Assembly: GCA_030141605.1 (NCBI GenBank)
Contig: JAQGDQ010000016.1
Span: 62,001 to 126,000 of the forward strand
DNA from: Tubiluchus corallicola
Taxonomy: Eukaryota; Animalia; Priapulida
DNA length: 64,000 nt
Reading direction: 5' to 3'
The position numbers and the translations under genes were made by a program. Under the pieces are notes generated by a model. The model saw only the letters and a program-made list of their open reading frames with translations. It ran no database searches and had not been told where the DNA came from. Numbering within the stretch: the first letter of the stretch is position 1; the number at the start of each line of letters is the position of its first letter. Below are positions 26,701 to 37,200 of the stretch, piece after piece.

Positions 26701-27273
26701 ATTATATATAACTAACATTGTTTATGTAAATCAAATACTATATGCGCATGTAACTTAGAATTGTGTTTGTGTGTATTTATGTTATGCCATTGGGTTTATA
26801 GATCAAAGTTTCATGTTTTGTCTTTAGTTTAAATTACTGAATTTAACTTGTATCGTTGTTTTCTTATTAACGTAGTATATGTTCTTATAGAATTATATAT
26901 GTGTATTTATTTCTTAATATCCTAGTGAACAGTGTATGTATTGCATGAATTTTAATTACCCAATAATTAACAAATATTTCATTTATACATTGCAGCGTAT
27001 TTAGTTATAAAATTACATTTTACGGCTAGAAGCGCAGATTAAATAATTGAACTGCGCAGCGACACCTGCTGGTCTACTTTCATACAAACCTGATTTAGGA
27101 TATGAACAAACGAACACGTCACTTGGCCGGATCTTCCACTCCCCTCTTTGCACAGCAGGATACAGCTCATCATAAACACTGATTTCTCTTATGATTCCAT
27201 CGCCTCCTCTTGTCCACCTGTGTTCCATTGACTGGTAAAGCTTTGGCAACTCCATTGTCTCATTCGCAGACAT
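591..27273 (-). CDS. Cytosolic sulfotransferase SULT-A (multi-exon gene, 3' end beyond window start)
   Basis: Exons 27273-27090, 25875-25649, 4034-3899, 2049-1955 and 819-591 join through GT-AG sites with matching phases (1,0,1,0,1). Motifs: SYPKSGTIW (5'-PSB), catalytic His in [18 protein letters not shown] (3'-PB), GNWFDH, KYED, FIRKG. The terminal GxxGDWK exon is not in 1-590. Confidence 0.88.
1955..2049 (-). CDS. SULT-A exon 4 (95 bp)
   Basis: GACAG acceptor; [32 protein letters not shown]; donor GTAACT. Not in the ORF track. Confidence 0.92.
2148..2400. mobile_element. MITE (long TIRs, TA-flanked)
   Basis: TATAAAAACGTTGAATGCCCTTTATAGTCTCACA...TGTGAGACTATAAAGGGCATTCAACGTTTTTTATA. Confidence 0.75.
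2575..3795. mobile_element. Degenerate DNA-transposon-like element with inverted subterminal AAAGGACCAC repeats
   Basis: Clustered AAAGGACCAC at 2590-2765 and the reverse complement GTGGTCCTTT at 3668-3790; a related cluster lies at 7910-7990. Confidence 0.45.
3899..4034 (-). CDS. SULT-A exon 3
   Basis: TTACAG acceptor; [19 protein letters not shown]...FLSND; donor GTAACG. Confidence 0.92.
4135..4245. repeat. (GAT)n microsatellite
   Basis: Directly visible. Confidence 0.95.
6186..6752. repeat. (GACA)n microsatellite, resumes at ~7470-7545
   Basis: Directly visible; source of several spurious ORFs. Confidence 0.95.
6753..7462 (+). mobile_element. 5'-truncated non-LTR retrotransposon (RTE-X-like) RT C-terminus and 3' UTR
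   Basis: Frameshifted ORFs 6795-7253 and 7067-7351: [12 protein letters not shown]...YYGRAN...[12 protein letters not shown]...W...LKIAYN...; followed by AATAAA and an A-rich tail. Clade call is from motif memory. Confidence 0.8.
8476..8627 (+). promoter_or_regulatory. Putative TATA box and non-coding first exon of the CAP gene
   Basis: TATAAAA at 8476-8482 and a consensus donor G|GTAAGT at 8628, upstream of the otherwise unexplained acceptor at 10118. Inference only. Confidence 0.45.
8807..9358. mobile_element. Degenerate hAT-like MITE
   Basis: CAGAGTCGGATCTA...TAAATCCTGACCT ends with GGGCCCC subterminal motifs; a similar element lies at ~28544-28990. Confidence 0.45.
9624..9890. repeat. 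(GTT)n microsatellite
   Basis: Directly visible. Confidence 0.95.
10138..10186 (+). CDS. CAP gene coding exon 1 (signal peptide)
   Basis: Acceptor TTGCAG at 10118; ATG at 10138; [16 protein letters not shown]+G; donor GTAATA, phase 1 matches the next exon. Confidence 0.75.
10138..20895 (+). CDS. Secreted CAP/SCP/TAPS (CRISP/GLIPR/PI16-like) protein with acidic TEDPP repeat and cationic C-terminal peptide, 330 aa
   Basis: Exons 10138-10186, 13468-13598, 14111-14204, 16048-16193, 17105-17202, 19520-19614, 20244-20479 and 20752-20895 sum to 993 nt in frame. Signal peptide [23 protein letters not shown]; CAP motifs [46 protein letters not shown]; hinge [12 protein letters not shown]...CMDGLC. 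The last exon is less certain than the others. Confidence 0.88.
10435..10999 (-). mobile_element. LINE (CR1/L2 group) reverse-transcriptase fragment
   Basis: Minus-strand reading: [42 protein letters not shown]; contains stops and frameshifts. Confidence 0.88.
11003..11468. repeat. Minisatellite, ~59-bp unit of two ~29-30-bp subunits
   Basis: GGGCTGAGGGTACGTACAATGCTGTGACA and GGGCTGAGGGTATGTACAATGATGTCGTGATA alternate. Confidence 0.92.
11729..11862. repeat. (TATG)n microsatellite
   Basis: Directly visible. Confidence 0.95.
11863..12900 (-). mobile_element. LINE (CR1/L2 group) ORF2 fragment upstream of the RT core, interrupted by a hAT MITE
   Basis: [14 protein letters not shown]; [33 protein letters not shown]; [40 protein letters not shown]. 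Confidence 0.82.
12123..12553. mobile_element. hAT-superfamily MITE
   Basis: Perfect 14-bp TIR CAGGGGTGTGCAAA; perfect 8-bp TSD GTTTAATG on both sides; GCGGCCCGC subterminal motifs. Confidence 0.93.
13468..13598 (+). CDS. CAP gene exon 2
   Basis: [44 protein letters not shown]; donor GTAAGT. Confidence 0.92.
14111..14204 (+). CDS. CAP gene exon 3
   Basis: TTTTGTAG acceptor; [31 protein letters not shown]; donor GTGCGT. Confidence 0.88.
15170..15795. mobile_element. Dispersed repeat family (copies at ~48890-49500 direct and ~41190-41345 inverted, partial)
   Basis: Shared blocks TTTGAAACAAGTTT, TAAGTAAAAT.TTAAATTA.TGTAT.TTGTCAATAAGA, AAGTAATATAACTTTG and AAACAAAAAT.CTTT. Confidence 0.7.
16048..16193 (+). 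CDS. CAP gene exon 4
   Basis: [15 protein letters not shown]...RRWYEEV...VSHFTQ; donor GTAAGT. Confidence 0.92.
16257..16350. repeat. (CA)n/(CACG)n microsatellite
   Basis: Directly visible. Confidence 0.95.
16753..17053. repeat. (GA)n tract followed by (TC)n tract
   Basis: (GA)n at 16753-16812 and (TC)n at 16875-17053. Confidence 0.95.
17105..17202 (+). CDS. CAP gene exon 5
   Basis: [32 protein letters not shown]+GG; donor GTGAGT. Confidence 0.92.
17900..18515 (-). mobile_element. LINE (CR1-like) RT fragment
   Basis: [25 protein letters not shown]...VYSNDT (degenerate YADD), [15 protein letters not shown]. Confidence 0.8.
19520..19614 (+). CDS. CAP gene exon 6 (hinge)
   Basis: [31 protein letters not shown]; donor GTAAGA. 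Confidence 0.92.
20244..20479 (+). CDS. CAP gene exon 7 (acidic TEDPP repeat)
   Basis: TTTACAG acceptor, phase 1; [15 protein letters not shown]-(TEDPP)10[14 protein letters not shown]; candidate phase-0 donor GTGTGT at 20480 (otherwise reads through to a stop at 20509). Confidence 0.85.
20657..20748. repeat. (TTA)n microsatellite immediately before a splice acceptor
   Basis: Directly visible. Confidence 0.95.
20752..20895 (+). CDS. CAP gene exon 8 (Arg/Trp-rich cationic peptide)
   Basis: (TTA)n-CAG acceptor at 20751; phase 0 gives [47 protein letters not shown] then TGA; GC-richer than its flanks, with varied Arg codons. Confidence 0.7.
   Translation, partial: RYRTLPFRRRIPRRNRYYVKTRGKKFGLNPKRRRRLRFPKWFWRTAW
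21108..21156 (+). terminator. Candidate polyadenylation signal of the CAP gene
   Basis: ATTAAA at 21108 followed by GU-rich TGTTGGGTTTGGGTTTATTT; an alternative AATAAA lies at 21212. Confidence 0.35.
21450..25426. mobile_element. Probable cluster of LTR-retrotransposon relics with an env-like ORF
   Basis: GC-richer block. Diverged inverted pair 21455-21810 / 23395-23756; diverged direct pair ~22880-23320 / ~24360-24790; polypurine tract + TG (TTTTAGGGGAGGAA-TGTTAT) on the minus strand at 22200-22181; ORF 24818-25426 with heptad-like segments and [15 protein letters not shown]. Confidence 0.5.
25441..25640. repeat. ~80-bp tandem repeat, about 2.5 copies
   Basis: AAATTAACTACCTGTCA recurs at ~25445, ~25525 and ~25600. 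Confidence 0.75.
25649..25875 (-). CDS. SULT-A exon 2
   Basis: TACAG acceptor; (G)[11 protein letters not shown]...[22 protein letters not shown]; donor GTAAGT. Confidence 0.9.
26533..26853. repeat. Near-perfect long palindrome (~150-bp arms)
   Basis: ATACAAGTTAAATTCAG...TTAGTTATATATAA / TTATATATAACTAA...CTGAATTTAACTTGTAT; about 4 mismatches and a short loop. Confidence 0.95.
27090..27273 (-). CDS. SULT-A exon 1
   Basis: [13 protein letters not shown]...[10 protein letters not shown]+G; donor GTTTGT at 27089; paralogous to 53436-53271. Confidence 0.9.
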
Positions 27274-27702
27274 GGACTGATCTTACTGACAATTCGACTG
27301 TATGTAAGATCGCTTAGTTTCGTGCAGTTGTCCCGTTATTATTTCTCACTCAGACAACCTACTGTTGGCTATCTTGATCACAACTTGGTAATCAGTTGTC
27401 ACTTTGACTTCTAGGCTGTATTAGGATAGCTGCAATCAATACAGTTTTGTTTGTTTACCAGGCAAGACAAACAAACAGACAAACAAGGCAGTATTAATAA
27501 TAAAAATAATAAGTCCTTATTAGTACTTTTAGAAATGCATTGACATATATAAACGTGTAATAATTAGTATATAACGTATATACAATTTAGACCTCTGATT
27601 GCAGGCATTAAGTGTCCAGTGATGAGGGTCAAAACACTACTAGTACCACGATGTTGTCCTGCTACTTTTAAATTAAAAAAACCGAAAGGCGTTTACATTT
27701 CC

Positions 27703-28282
27703 ATAACCCTAAGCCTAACCCTAACTCTAACCCTAAGCCTAACCCGAAGCCTAACCCTGATGCTAATGCTGACCCTAACCTTAATACTAACTTAATGTTA
27801 TGTTTGTTTGTACACATTATAGACTAGAGAGAGAAGAATTTTTCCAAGATATTAACATGGACCCGGAACAATTAGATAATGTAAATAAATGGAAATATAT
27901 TATGTCAGAAGAGAATGTCCTTAGGACTGCAAAATATGCTTATAAGATTTTTAGAATGAGGCAAAGCAAGATATATATTTAATACATGACTTGTCCATTC
28001 AGGTATATGTTAAAATTCCATATTATATATTTTTTTTTATTTGATATTCTATGTAAATGAACTGCACAGTTATTATGTGATAAATTTTCATGAAATTGAC
28101 TTGTAAGCCCAAGTGGGCTGGAAACAGCTTTAATAACATTTTACAGTATTAATTAACACATGAATTATTACATTGTTATTATCATATGTTTATGTCAATA
28201 AAGATATTCAATCAATCAATCAACTAACCCTAGCCCTAATGTTAATTCCAATCGTAATCCTAATCCCAACCCTAATCCTTAT
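27703..28282. repeat. Degenerate (TAACCC)n tract split by a LINE 3' fragment (27800-28223)
   Basis: TAACCC-like units at 27703-27790 and 28225-28282. Between them: MFVCTHYRLER...TAKYAYKIFRMR (post-zinc-knuckle LINE C-terminus), AATAAA and a (CAAT)n tail. Confidence 0.7.
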
Positions 28283-29269
28283 CCGCTGCATGAATTAATT
28301 TCTTCTGTGTTGGCAATTGTAAACTTTAGCCAAAAATTCTACATATTTCTTATGGCGTCATTTCCTTATAACATTTCGTTAAATCACATACTTTGCATAA
28401 CAAATTCATATTGAATTTAATTGGCATTGATCAGCTTCAGGTAAAGAAAGTTTTCGTAGAATTAATTAAATAAATTTTCCATTAATTTTACAAAGTTAGT
28501 TCTTTTGCTCAGAAGTTTGCTCCTCGTCTTCACAAATACATGATCGGGGCCTGATTTTGATTTTGTAGGCCCCTGGGCTACAGATACTTTGAGGCCCCGT
28601 CCCCATTGATAATCACCAAAAGCGTGAATGTCGGATTCTTCAAATCAGTTTATTCAACTTTTACAACATAATGCCAACTTTAGGAACTCATTGATGAGTG
28701 AAAGCCTAACGAAACAAAAAGAGAAGAAAGATTGTGATATTTACAAAATTAAAATAAGTTTTTGAAATATTGAATATAATACGTACAAATTACAATAAAT
28801 AAATTACCAGTGAGTTGGAACAATGCACAAAAAACAATTCTAGTGTATTACTATACAGAGAACTTTTAAAAGAGATAATTCAGCACATACTTCTACTATT
28901 CTGTAGTATCTTTTCAAAGCAAATTAATTCACTTAATTTCTGGATATCCCTGGGCTGTAGCCTATGAAGCCTGTGCCTTAATCCGGCTCTGTACATAATC
29001 AGCTGTCTGCTAGGCCGACCTGGTACAAATGCTTTTTAAATTTTCCCTGCTCAACGAGGAATGAAATTGCGGTTAAAACTATAATTGACAAGGTCCCATT
29101 ATTTTGTTATTTTTATATAAATCTTCCCAAGTAGGCCAGTGCATGGTGACTCGGTGGAAAGGCCTACAACAGAAGGGTGCAGATGAACACAGTCTCAAGA
29201 AAATTCCTTGTAAGTAACTGCTTGGGCTTAGGTTTAAACTTAATGTCTTACAAAGGAAGTTTCTTAGAT

Positions 29270-29790
29270 TAGTAGCAGTAGTATATTAGCATCTTTATTT
29301 GCCAAAGAATAATTGAGAATCACAACAAAATATTAAGATACTCAATAAGAAAAGTTAAGAACATATATTGTTGGAGACGAATGTGCAAAAAATAAAATAT
29401 AATTTGAAACTTAAACTTTACATATTTCACATATTTTTAAACCGACTATTAGCAAAATTAAGTCGTTTAATGTGACCTGGGGTAAATGAATTCTGCTTTA
29501 ATGTGTAAGTTGTCATGTTGGTAAGTTGGATACTCAAATCTTGATATCATTAATGCTTTTATTTTGGTTTTGAAAGCGGTTAGTGATTTAATACGTTTGA
29601 TTTCGTGTGGCAGTGAATTCCAGACCTGGATAGCGTTTCCTGCTATTGAATTGTTTCCAAAGTGATTGTTTGTTCTAGTTTTTTTTCAAATTAGATGTTC
29701 TAGCGTTTAATTCGGGATTTATGAGTAGTGCTAATTTGTTACTTTCGAATGGAATACGTAAATTATTTATACATTTGAAAATGAATAATA
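29270..29790 (-). mobile_element. LINE (L2/CR1 group) 3' fragment
   Basis: RTSNLKK..NNHFGNNSIAGNAIQVWNSLPHEIKRIKSL..FK...FIYPR, homologous to 61618-62070; AATAAA and a (TAC)n-like tail. Confidence 0.75.
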
Positions 29791-30299
29791 CATGTACTAA
29801 ACCCATGTATATGCAACGCTTCCTGGATTGATCTCCATTCATCGAAATGTTACAGTCTTCAGTTTTCATGTTGTTGACTTTAAGATTTCTTTTTTTCCAG
29901 TAATTTAAGGCAACACTTTTTAGCGGAATCTGTGCGAAATTTTGGAATACTAATCCTTCCAATGATCTTTTTATTACTTATTTATTTGTTTTATTTACCA
30001 TTTAGTCGTATGTTTTGTCCAAACAATATAATCATGTTAATGAATTAGTACCAAAAAAAAGAATGCAGCATTTATAACGCTCTCACACAGCATACAAAAA
30101 GAAAACTAGATACAACGATTCCAATGAAATAGTACATAGAAATGAGACATTAGTATTTATTCAAGTATATCGTACAGTTCTACGTAATTTGAAAACCGAA
30201 CTTGTTATTTTCATGGGCATCTAAAATGTCTAAAAAATATACAGTATTTATGTTCTCAATATTAAGACTATATTCGCGTTTACTGATATTTTTTAAAAC

Positions 30300-30770
30300 T
30301 CTCTTCAAATTTGAGTTATCAAATGGTAGCATGAGTTTCTAACTGCAAATTAAATGCTGGAATGGAAGAAACAGAGATGTTAGCGTTACGAGCAAAAAAG
30401 CTGATTAGAGAATTACTGCTACACAAAGTTTTTACATACACACTTTACAAAACGTTTATGAAATGCCACACTGGGATGATTGGTATTGCATACAACGGTA
30501 ACAGATAGCGATGACTACTATATGGCAAATTTTAACTAAATTTTTCTCTCGTCGATATTCTAAGTAGTGTTAATATTTTCGATATTGCGAATGTTAAGTT
30601 TCCACGTTTGAGAACCGTAAAATGATTGACGACACGTCTGGAATATTTTACTTTTCAGTTTAGAACTAACAAAATAGATAGTTGCAATAACACTGTTGGT
30701 ATAGCTGATCACATTTTCAATAAACACGTAACTAATCATAAAGTGATCTGTACATGACCTGACTCTGACT
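30300..30770 (-). mobile_element. Degenerate non-LTR retrotransposon fragment (RTE-X-like)
   Basis: KLKSKIFQTCRQSFYGSQTWKL resembles the LINE LF...C..FYG..LW motif. Confidence 0.55.
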
Positions 30771-31185
30771 ATGACTGTCAGAATAATGGTCACAATACAT
30801 TTTTTAACAATACTGTTACTTAATCACAATACATTTTTAACAATACTGTTCGTTAATCACAATACATTTCTAACAATGCTGTTACTTAATGTTATATACC
30901 TAATAACAGATTCATGCTATACTATTTGCGCTTGAAAGTAAGTTCTATAGATCCTAGTTTTCTTATGCCGCGCGAGTTGCTTTGTTGATTTTCATTGGTT
31001 GTTTTTGATTGTTTACTAGAACGCATTTTTCCATTGCTCATTTGGCGTTCTAGAATTTTTTAGTCTGTGAAGAAGTAACGTCTCGATTTTTCCTTGATGC
31101 ACTTTGCCGTATCTCCCGAATGTGCAATCTTACGTTTGAGATTTTCTCATGCCGGTTGGGTCTCTGGTTGAGCTGGAGAGGAAAG

Positions 31186-31234
31186 ATGTTAAAGAGACGC
31201 GTGCGGTTAGTAATCTCTCTTCTTTTTTGTACAT
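31186..31234 (+). CDS. IgSF exon 1 (signal peptide)
   Basis: [16 protein letters not shown]+T; donor GTAAGT. Confidence 0.7.
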
Positions 31235-34200
31235 GTAAGTATGTTTAGTCCCTACTAGGAGTTACTTAGAAAGTTCTATAATTGTCTCCCTTAAAACTGG
31301 TTTCGCCTCACGTGAATCGTTAAATTAGTGTTGCCTTACGTGAATCGTTAAATATGTGTTGCCTTACATGAATCGCAAAACTACTGTTACCTCACGTGAA
31401 TCGCAAAACTAGTGTTGCCTCACCAGAAACGTAAAATTAGTGTTAACTCACGTGAATGGTTAAATTTGTGTTACCTCACGTGAATCGCAAAACTAGTGTT
31501 ACCTAACGCGAATCGCAAAGCTAGTGTTACCTCACATGAAGCACGAAACTAGTGTTACCTAACGCACATCGCAAAACTAGTTTTACCTAACGTGAATCGC
31601 AAAATTAGTGTTACCTAACGCGAATCGCAAAGCTAATGTTGCCTCACGTGAATGGCAAAACTAGTGTTACCTAACGCACATAGCAAAACTAGTGTTGCTT
31701 CACATGAACCACAAAACTAGTGTTGCCTCACGTGAACCGCAAAACTAGTATTACCTAACATGAATCGTAAAATTAAATTTGCGTCACTTGAACTGCCACA
31801 CAACAACCACCCGAACAACGCTAAAGGTCCTCGTACCTTCTGTTCATTTAATAATTACACTATTAATTTTATACTACCAATTAATTTCACAGTAACACCA
31901 TATTTAGTTTGAACCAAAGAATCCAGGTAAAAAAGTCTCAGGTGAAAACTCACAGGCAAAATGTCACAGGAAAAAAGTCACAGTAAAAAGTCAAAGGAGA
32001 AAACTAGGTTTCTGGGTTAGGGACATAGGGTTAGGGTCAAATGCCGAATCCTAACCCTAAGCCTAAGCCGAAGAGTAACCCCTAACTCCCTACTCCTAAC
32101 CCTATGCCTGAGCAGTTGAACAAATCGCGATTTTTTTGCACGTACATGTAACGCAGCCATATATAAATAATGTTATAAATATGTACAAGTCATGTACTGC
32201 CATTTAATAACTGGTTCAAAATGTTTTTTATTTCTTTAACTGTTCACAGTTCTTAAATATATTATGATTGACTTGAATATTTTTGTTTGACTACCTGCTT
32301 TCTTATCTTTTTGCTTCCTTGTCAGTTTTTTTCATACCTTTGGTTTATGCTAATCTAAACGATACACAACACTTTCTATATTTATGCACTACTTAGTTTG
32401 TTACTAATTACTTTAGTTACTAAAGTTACTGGCGTAGAATACGTCAGGTTGTTCTGTCACTTTTTGGGTAAGTAAAAAACTGCTCCACTATTTTATTTTA
32501 TTTTACTTTTACTATCCATAGGCACAATTCTACCATCGCATACCAGTGAGATAATAAATTTACGTAAGGTTATAAAATGTATAAAGTGGATCCAAAATAC
32601 GTCAAGAAAATTAAAACGTTAAAACCAGTGAGTTTTCAATTTTAATTAAAATTCAAACATTTCAAATTCAAATTCAAAATAATATGTAGACTTAACATCA
32701 TAATCACATTAATTGGCACACAATTTTGAAATACAATATATAATTAATAAAGCAAAAAAATAATTATGTAAAAATGATCACCGTTTTTAAAAAAAGACAA
32801 TGAATGGAGACCTAAAAAGTCGTGGCTTGTGGCAGGCCACCCCTAAGTGTTTTTACAATAATTTTATGAAACAGTATAATTTTAGCTGTAAGGTATTTCC
32901 GTATATTTTGTACACTACTATTCTAATATTAAAAGCTACTGCTTCTTCCAAGGAAACATTAAACTGTTGTGACCAATGTTCTTATTTTAGAGTTACTTAG
33001 TTATAAATAGAGATTTAAAAAAAACTTTTTATATTTCGATTTAAAGATTGACACAGTTTCGATAGTCTAACAAGTGAGTGTTCAATTCACAATTTATGCA
33101 AATAAACTCATGAAATTATGAAGACTATTCAATAATGCATGATTATTTCTTTTCAGATATGGAAGGACAGCAGATATTTAAAAAAGAACCAAGGGATCAT
33201 GTCGTTCTAGAAGGTGACAGCATCGTATTAGACTGTGTATTAAATGAGTCGATTCATTATGACACAGTTGTTTGGTGGCAAAATAAGCAAGTTATCGATC
33301 CGGAAAACATACAAAACATGGATTTTGTGAGTGATAATCAGCACAAAACCGGTGATTGGAGTATTAGTATCTCGAACATCTCTACATCTCATGGTGACGG
33401 TATATACTACTGCCAATGCATTGATTCTTCCTCGAAACCACTTGCAGATTCGTCTAGGGCAAAGATTATTGTCTTCAGTAAGTGAGACTATCAATTCTAG
33501 TGACTTTTCAGAAGTTTTCTAACAGCGCATTCAGACTACTAGCAGAGTTTTCTCGCCAAATAACTGACAAAGGCGTTAAGACTAGAGAGTAAAACTTGCT
33601 GCGAGTTACTCTCCGACAGTAAGCATGAGCTTATTCTCTATTCACTCGCAGCAACTGTTGGAGAGTTTGCAATAACTTGCCGACAGTAACTCGCAAAGCA
33701 GTTCACACTTGAACACACAGTTACTGCGAGTTGATTTTTACCGAGCTACTGCCTAATGCGAATTGTGCCGAGTTATTCTCGACACTTCACGCAGTGAATA
33801 GAGAGTAAACTCGTGCTTACTATCAGAAAGTAACTTTCTCGTCTAGGTGCATTTGTCAGTTACTTGGCAAAAAAACTCGCTAGTTTGTAGGCGATACAAA
33901 ACTGTCAACGAACATGCAGCAGCGCAGCGATTGTAGTAGTCACCAATGACTACCGACTTCTTTCTTTACAGAATGTGGGAACATCACAAGTGAGGTAAAC
34001 GGTGAGGCTCACACAGAAGAAATTGTGACACTGGCAGCCGATGATGCTTCAAACACATTTGTCTGTCGAATAGAAGACTGTCAGTATGAACCTCTTATTA
34101 AGTGGTTTTTAAGTAAGTTATAAAACGTTGGAAAAGTTCAGCCGATTCCCATTACTAAGCTTTGTCATTATTCCAGGCATTCACAAGGCAAATTTTATAA

Positions 34201-37200
34201 GTTGTCGCACATTTCATTTGCGATTCTTAATTTAAACCACCACAATAATAATTTAATATGTGCTGCGACCTGCATTTGAAATTATTTTTATTTAACTGTG
34301 TGAAGTTTAACCCAGGCTGTGGCATTGGTCTGTGCTGCACAGTCACCTGCACCTGCTGGGCTTCCCATATATGATAGTGTTGATTGCTAGTGTGTTTTAC
34401 TAGCCAATCAGGTAAGCTCAGTGGGTGCATGTGACTTGTGTAGCTCTGCCAAGGCCAGCTAGGGTTTCTTTGTTCTTGAGCATTGCAGTTGAATAGTCAC
34501 AATGTGTCTTCTTTCCTGTAAATAATAGTGTAATAAATGTAAACAGAAATAAAGTCTTTCACAGTTCAACACAACTTCATAATCTTTGTTTCAACCAGCA
34601 GAGTGAACCAGTCTACACTAGCTTCAGTCTAATATTATATTTTAAGCTCTCTACAAATTTAATCCTTCTGTCCTGCTAGCTAAAAGTTTCTACTTAAGTT
34701 TAATACAAAAATGTTATTCTCTTTACAAAAAACTGATTAAAGTTGAAATAGTGACAATATGATTGAGAAACAGATTTACTAATGCGTTATTGTGTTAATG
34801 CAAAAACGAAAAAGATTATGTTGTTCCAGCACAACATCATTTTCCCTTCAGTTCAAAGCAAAAACACAGGAAGCGGCTTATCTATCACTAAGCTACGATG
34901 TAACTTTTTGGCTTTGTCAGGAGCAAACAAAATGTCGTGCAGGAAGAAAGTCATGTTCTTTCGTAACGTTGTTAGAGTTCAGTATGCAATGCATAGTTCG
35001 TAGAACGTCAATCAACCAGCGGGGGTACTGGAAAAGAAAAGTTTAATGTATTAGTAAATCATTACTACCTTAAACCAAGGATTATTGTGGAAATTTGGAA
35101 AAAAACAATTTATTAAAAATAGCAGTTGTGCTCAGTTAAAAAATTACGAGAATGTTGATATCAAGTACAGTTCGTCTACAGGTTGTTCTGTAAGCGCATG
35201 TCCAGCTTTGCACAAACAGAAAGCGTCGATAATTGTTTTTGTTGGCCGCGATAATTGACTTCTAACATAATGTCAATCATTTTCGCTGGCTACCCAATCA
35301 GCGTGCAAGTTTTGTTTCACCCGTTGGGTCGTTGTACGTTTTAGCTTTAGAAGATGTATTTCATCTTCATTCGATATTAATTTACCTAAAATGCAGCAAC
35401 TAAAGTATCTTTTGTCAATTTCCACAACTGCAGTGCTTTCAGAAGAATCACTTAGACATTAAATTCACCATAATGACAATACAGGAACATTTCTGATAGG
35501 TTCAGGGCATCGAACAGAATGGAAGACGGCACTAGGCGATGAATTTGTAACTCATCGTGTCTTTAATGCGGACAACAACAGGGTTACAGTTGAGAGTTTA
35601 CTGCAGAATTACACATTTGCACCTGGTAAAGATGGCGACAATGGAAAATTGCTGTCGTGTTACGCATTTGTACGTAATTTGACAGTTGAATCGTTGCGTA
35701 TTGACAAAAGGCTCAACGTTGAATGTAAGTTTGTTATGTAACTTTATGTTCAAGTAGTATCAAATTAGATAAATTAAACTAACTAAACTAGTATAATTGG
35801 ACTAAAAAGCAAGAAACAGGTATACTCATTACTTTGAATGACGGCAGTGATTATGGTGACGATAAAAGTGGTGATGATTATGACGATTGCGATGATGATC
35901 GTGATAATGATGGTGATGATGGTGATAGTGGCATTGATGTTCTTGTTGTTGTTCGTGAAGATGATGATGATGATAGTGATGACGATGAGGAAGATGATGA
36001 TGGTGATGATGATAATGATATTGAGAAAGACGGCTGCGTTGTATTAAAATAATTGAATTTACTGCAATAGATATGATGTCAGTTAATATTTCGTTATCGG
36101 ATGGAGCACCTGATGAAGTTCAACTGTTGTCTGGCAGCAGTATGTCCCTAGAGTGCGATGTTGATGCAAACCCTGAACCAGAGTACGAGTGGACAATGTC
36201 AAAATCTCAGGAAATCGTGCGTGAAAGATTCTTTAGAAAGCAACACATGAGCTTGAATGATGGAGGTACTTACACTTGCAAAGCTTGGAACGTATACGGA
36301 AAGAGTCAGGACACGATAACCGTAACTATTATTAGTAAGTTATTCAAGGTCTCTGTCACTATCATTTGGCTTTGAACAATTAACTATTAAGAAACTGACT
36401 GTTATTTTGGTTTGCCTAAGACTTACTTTGAATGCAACTTTGCTTTTCGTTGCGTTTTAGTTTCTTTTCTTGGCTAACAACAAAACCTAATGCACCTTCG
36501 CAGCACTTTACTGATAGTGGAAATGGCACTAATGCCTATTTGTACATAATAAACAAATGTACGTTACACTGTTGTTTTTTAATTTACAGTAACTTAGTGT
36601 AGTTTATACTGATTTCTTTTCTGTTTGTTTGACGTGTATATGAAGGGAAAATGATCTCAAATGACAAAAGTGTTTTTATATATTTTGAAATACTTTTTTT
36701 GGTATCTTTTTTTGCTTATTGCATAAACCTTGAGATTTTTAAATTATTATTTAAATACTGGAGGTTACTTGTTACGGTTATATAGTAATCTGTACTTCAA
36801 TTTTCGCTTTCACAAAAGTTTACAACACGCACATGAAATGTTTGTTCTGTTCAAAATTCTGTTCGTTTGTGACGTCATCACTAGCTAGCTCGCCCACCAT
36901 TGATTAAGTTTTTAACCTATTATGCTTTGGCATCATGTGCTAAAATATATAAATTTTACCACACTTCAAAATAGGATAGGATGTAATAAATCGTCCTGTT
37001 TTGATTTGTTATGGTTTTACAAACAGTAAGTTGTTTATCATCAAGAAAGAACTTATAATATTGTGATATTATAAGGAAAGAAAAGAAACTGTTCTGAAAA
37101 AATAAGCATGTCAAGTATATGACAGAGCCAAGAAACTCTTGTAATCTAGGTCATTAAATGTTAATTAGGTCACACGAAAATTTGATGCTAATTTTTCTTT

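Noticed and set aside
27703-32105. True telomere or chromosome fusion site (TAACCC/TTAGGG tracts at 27703-28282 and ~32014-32105)
   Set aside because: The tracts are short, highly degenerate and embedded in repeat-like context.
34297-34640. Solo LTR in IgSF intron 4
   Set aside because: It has a TG start and AATAAA, but I could not find a CA end with a target-site duplication.
36091-36102. Mutated GG acceptor before DGAP, implying an IgSF pseudogene
   Set aside because: A canonical in-phase TAG acceptor at 36070 gives a complete Ig A-strand.
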